This document shows positions 61,290 to 64,000 of a DNA stretch of 64,000 nucleotides, in pieces. Source of the stretch: Mobula hypostoma (lineage: Eukaryota); NCBI RefSeq assembly GCF_963921235.1, contig NC_086097.1, positions 130,388,001-130,452,000 of the forward strand. Direction: 5' to 3'. Each line of letters begins with the position of its first letter. Within the stretch, counting starts at the first letter, position 1. The translations under genes were made by a program, and so were the position numbers. The notes beneath the pieces are model-generated. The model saw nothing but the letters and a program-made list of their open reading frames with translations, was not told the DNA's origin and made no database searches.

Positions 61290-62810
61290 AAAACCTGGCC
61301 TAATCAACTGACTGGAGTATTTACAGATATTTTCGATCTCTTGCTTCAACAGTCTGTGGTAATTAACTGCTTTAAGCAGGCTTCAATCGTACGGATGCCC
61401 GAGAAAAATGTGGTGACCTGCTTCAATGATTGTTGTACAGTAGCACTTACATCCACTGAGTTGAAGTACTTCCAGAGGTTAGTTATGAAGCATGTGAACT
61501 TCCAGCTGAGGAATGATCTGGATCTGCTCCAATTCTCTACCTTCACAACAGGTTAACAGCAGATGCGTTTTCATTGGCCCTTCACTCATCTCTGGAGCAT
61601 CTGAACAATGAAGGTGAATATATCAGAATGCTCTTCATTGACTACAGCTCAGTATTCAACACTAACATCCCTTCAAAATTCATTACTAAGCTCTAAGGCT
61701 TGGGCTTCAATACCTCCTCCCAATTTCACACTCCAGCCACTATAGACTGGCAACAACATCTATTCCACACTCACCATCAGCACAAGGCTATGTGCTTAGC
61801 CTCCTACATTACTCACTTTATACCTGTGATTGTGTGGCTAATTACAGTTCCAATGCTGTATTTAAGTTTGCTGACGACACCACTGTTGTTGGGCAATATC
61901 AAAGTTGGTGACGAAATGGCATATAGGATAGAGATTTAAAATCTGGATGAGTGGTGCCACAACAATGACTTCTCACTCAATGTCAGCAAGACCAAAGAGC
62001 TGATTATTGACTGCAGAAGTTAAAAGCTGGAGGTCCATGAGCTAGTCCTCATTAGAGGACTGAAGGTGGAGAGGGGCAGCAGCTTTAAATTCCTTCATGT
62101 CATAGGAGGATCTGTCCTGGGACCAGCATGTAAATACTATCACAAAGAAGACACTACAGCACCTCTACTTTCTTAGAACTTTGCATAGATTCAGCAAATA
62201 TGTTAACAAACTACTATAGATGCACAGCGGAAAGTATCTTGACAAGTTGCATCATGGTCTGGTATGGAAACACCAATGCCCAGGAAAAGAAAAGTCTACA
62301 GAAAGTCGTGGATACAGCCTAGTCCATCATAGGCCAAACTCTCCCCACCATTGAGCACATCAATAAGGAGAGCTGCAACAAGAAATCTGCATCCATCATA
62401 AAGGACCTCCACCATTCATCCCATGCTCTCTTACCATTACTACCATTGGGTAGGAGGTACATAAGCCTAAGGTAACGTACCAGCAAGTTCAGTAACAATT
62501 ATTACCCTCCCTCCATCAGACTCTTGAAACAGCATGATAACTACATTTATCACCATTCTGAACTGATTCTATAAACTACAGACCAACGTTCAAGGACTCT
62601 TTACAACTCATGTTCTCAGTATTTTTTTACTATTTGTACAACTTGTTTTGTTTTGCACATTGGTTATTTATCAGTCATTAGTTATGTACCGTTTTCTGTA
62701 AATGCTATTGTATTTATTTATTTTCCTTTAAATACCTGCAAGAAAACAAAGCTCTAGGTAGTATAGGGTGACAAATACCTACTTTGATAATAAGTTTTAC
62801 TTTGACTTCA
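61290..62810 (+). mobile_element. Rex1/Babar LINE, RT to 3' end, degraded
   Basis: QLTGVFTDIF..CFKQASIVRMPEK..VALTSTELKYFQRLVMKH; RMLFIDYSSVFNT; FKFADDTTVVG; SLNVSKTKELIID; YRCTAESILTSCIMVWYGN. Confidence 0.92.
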
Positions 62811-63589
62811 AGATACAGCATGGTAACAGTCTCTTCACGTCCAAGGATCTCATGCTGCCCAATTACACCTGTAGAACTAATTAACCTACTAACCATTATG
62901 TTCTTGGAATGAGACAGGAGGAAATCCACATGATCACATGGCACATTTGTGACAATATTTTCCCTCAACAAGCTGGGTGGAATTTGAGTGTGACTAATTC
63001 TTTATAAATATTCCTTAGATACAAATAGTTTGTTGCACACCAGAATGGAATTTGAGGTGTGGTCATATGGGATTGTTTGAGTGTAGCTCTGGGACTACAG
63101 ATAACAGTGGAAAAATCATGGCTAACTGACGCACAGAATTAAGTCTAACTGCATTAGTGAATGGAGTTCAGCAAAATCAAGGACAAAGGATGGCAGTGGA
63201 TATGGAAATCAAGGCTTGTACATGTCTATGGATGGTTTAGCAGTGGAAGCAGGAAGGAAGAGGATGGAAACAATCTGGTATCTATGAAGGCTTCAGTGAC
63301 AAAAGTCCAACCCTGGCTGACACGCATAACCTATTTCCTTTATATTAGAAGTCACACCTGCAAATAATAAAAGGTAATTATCAATTGAATAGTGTAATCT
63401 TGATTTTTATTCCACTCATGCAAAGTTCTGAAAAAGTTGGAGCATTTATGATGATTCTTTTTAACAACAATCCAGCCAATGGATTGACTGGGATTGTTTT
63501 CTTTAGAACAGAGAATGGTGAGGAAATATTTAATTGATGTGTTAAAGTTCTGAGATACCAATATATAGGAAATTAGAGAGGTCATATTT

Positions 63590-63910
63590 TCCAATAGGAT
63601 TAAAAATCAGGGGGTGAGGGGAGGCGTAGATTTCCGATAATTGATAAAAGGAGAATGACTATGAAAAGGACAAGAGGGTGGGTGAGGACAACCTGGTTCC
63701 CCCAAAGGTCACATGGAACTGGAACAGGGTGGGGAGGGGTTGATAGAGGCCTCGGCTGTCAGGATATACAAAAAATATTTGGATGCGTACTTGAATAGCA
63801 TGATATGTTGGGCAGTAGACCAAGAGATGGAAAGTGGGAGTACGTTAGGTAATTCTTTGTGAACAACCTGGTCACAGTGGGCTGATGGGCCTCGTATGCA
63901 TCCTAAATTT
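63590..63910 (+). mobile_element. Decayed CR1 3' end
   Basis: AAATATTTGGATGCGTACTTGAATAG..GATGGAAAGTGGGA..GTGGGCTGATGGGCCT. Confidence 0.6.
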
Positions 63911-64000
63911 TCATGACAGAGTAATTAAGAATGATGGAAATTCATGAAAACTGTTGAAATATTTTTTAAATGTTGAGAAGATATGTGCCCTGCTAAGAAA

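Noticed and set aside
1..64000. CRISPR array, operon or other prokaryotic/viral system
   Set aside because: No regularly spaced repeats and no gene-dense coding region. The content is vertebrate repeat-rich DNA throughout.

Overview
This window is vertebrate non-coding DNA, intergenic or from a large intron, and much of it is degraded transposable elements. The repeat set (HE1-like tRNA-SINEs with CR1 tails, SacSINE1/Deu-like SINEs, many Rex1/Babar and CR1 LINE fragments, Penelope elements) points to a cartilaginous fish, probably a ray; this is an inference. I found no intact protein-coding gene, RNA gene or CRISPR array. Every ORF-track entry I could recognise is a transposon fragment. Main contents: (i) a decayed Gypsy LTR element (~49.2-54.0 kb) interrupted by a young, TA-flanked, internally deleted Tigger/pogo element that carries two large inverted repeats; (ii) a second Ty3/Gypsy pol remnant (~55.7-57.0 kb); (iii) Penelope-like 3' ends with GIY-YIG endonuclease, followed by minimal type-I hammerhead ribozyme motifs (core intact at 23094-23131 and 26136-26173, four more copies decayed); (iv) a Tc1-like remnant and RTE-derived elements; (v) a few unique blocks that look regulatory, most notably a dense CTCF/ETS/IRF/E-box/EBF/octamer-like cluster at ~11.9-12.1 kb. 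I cannot support a wholly new biological system. The hammerhead-bearing Penelope family and the candidate lymphoid enhancer are the best leads. Family names come from motif recognition by eye, not database searches. Repeat boundaries are approximate (about +/-30 bp) unless termini are quoted.
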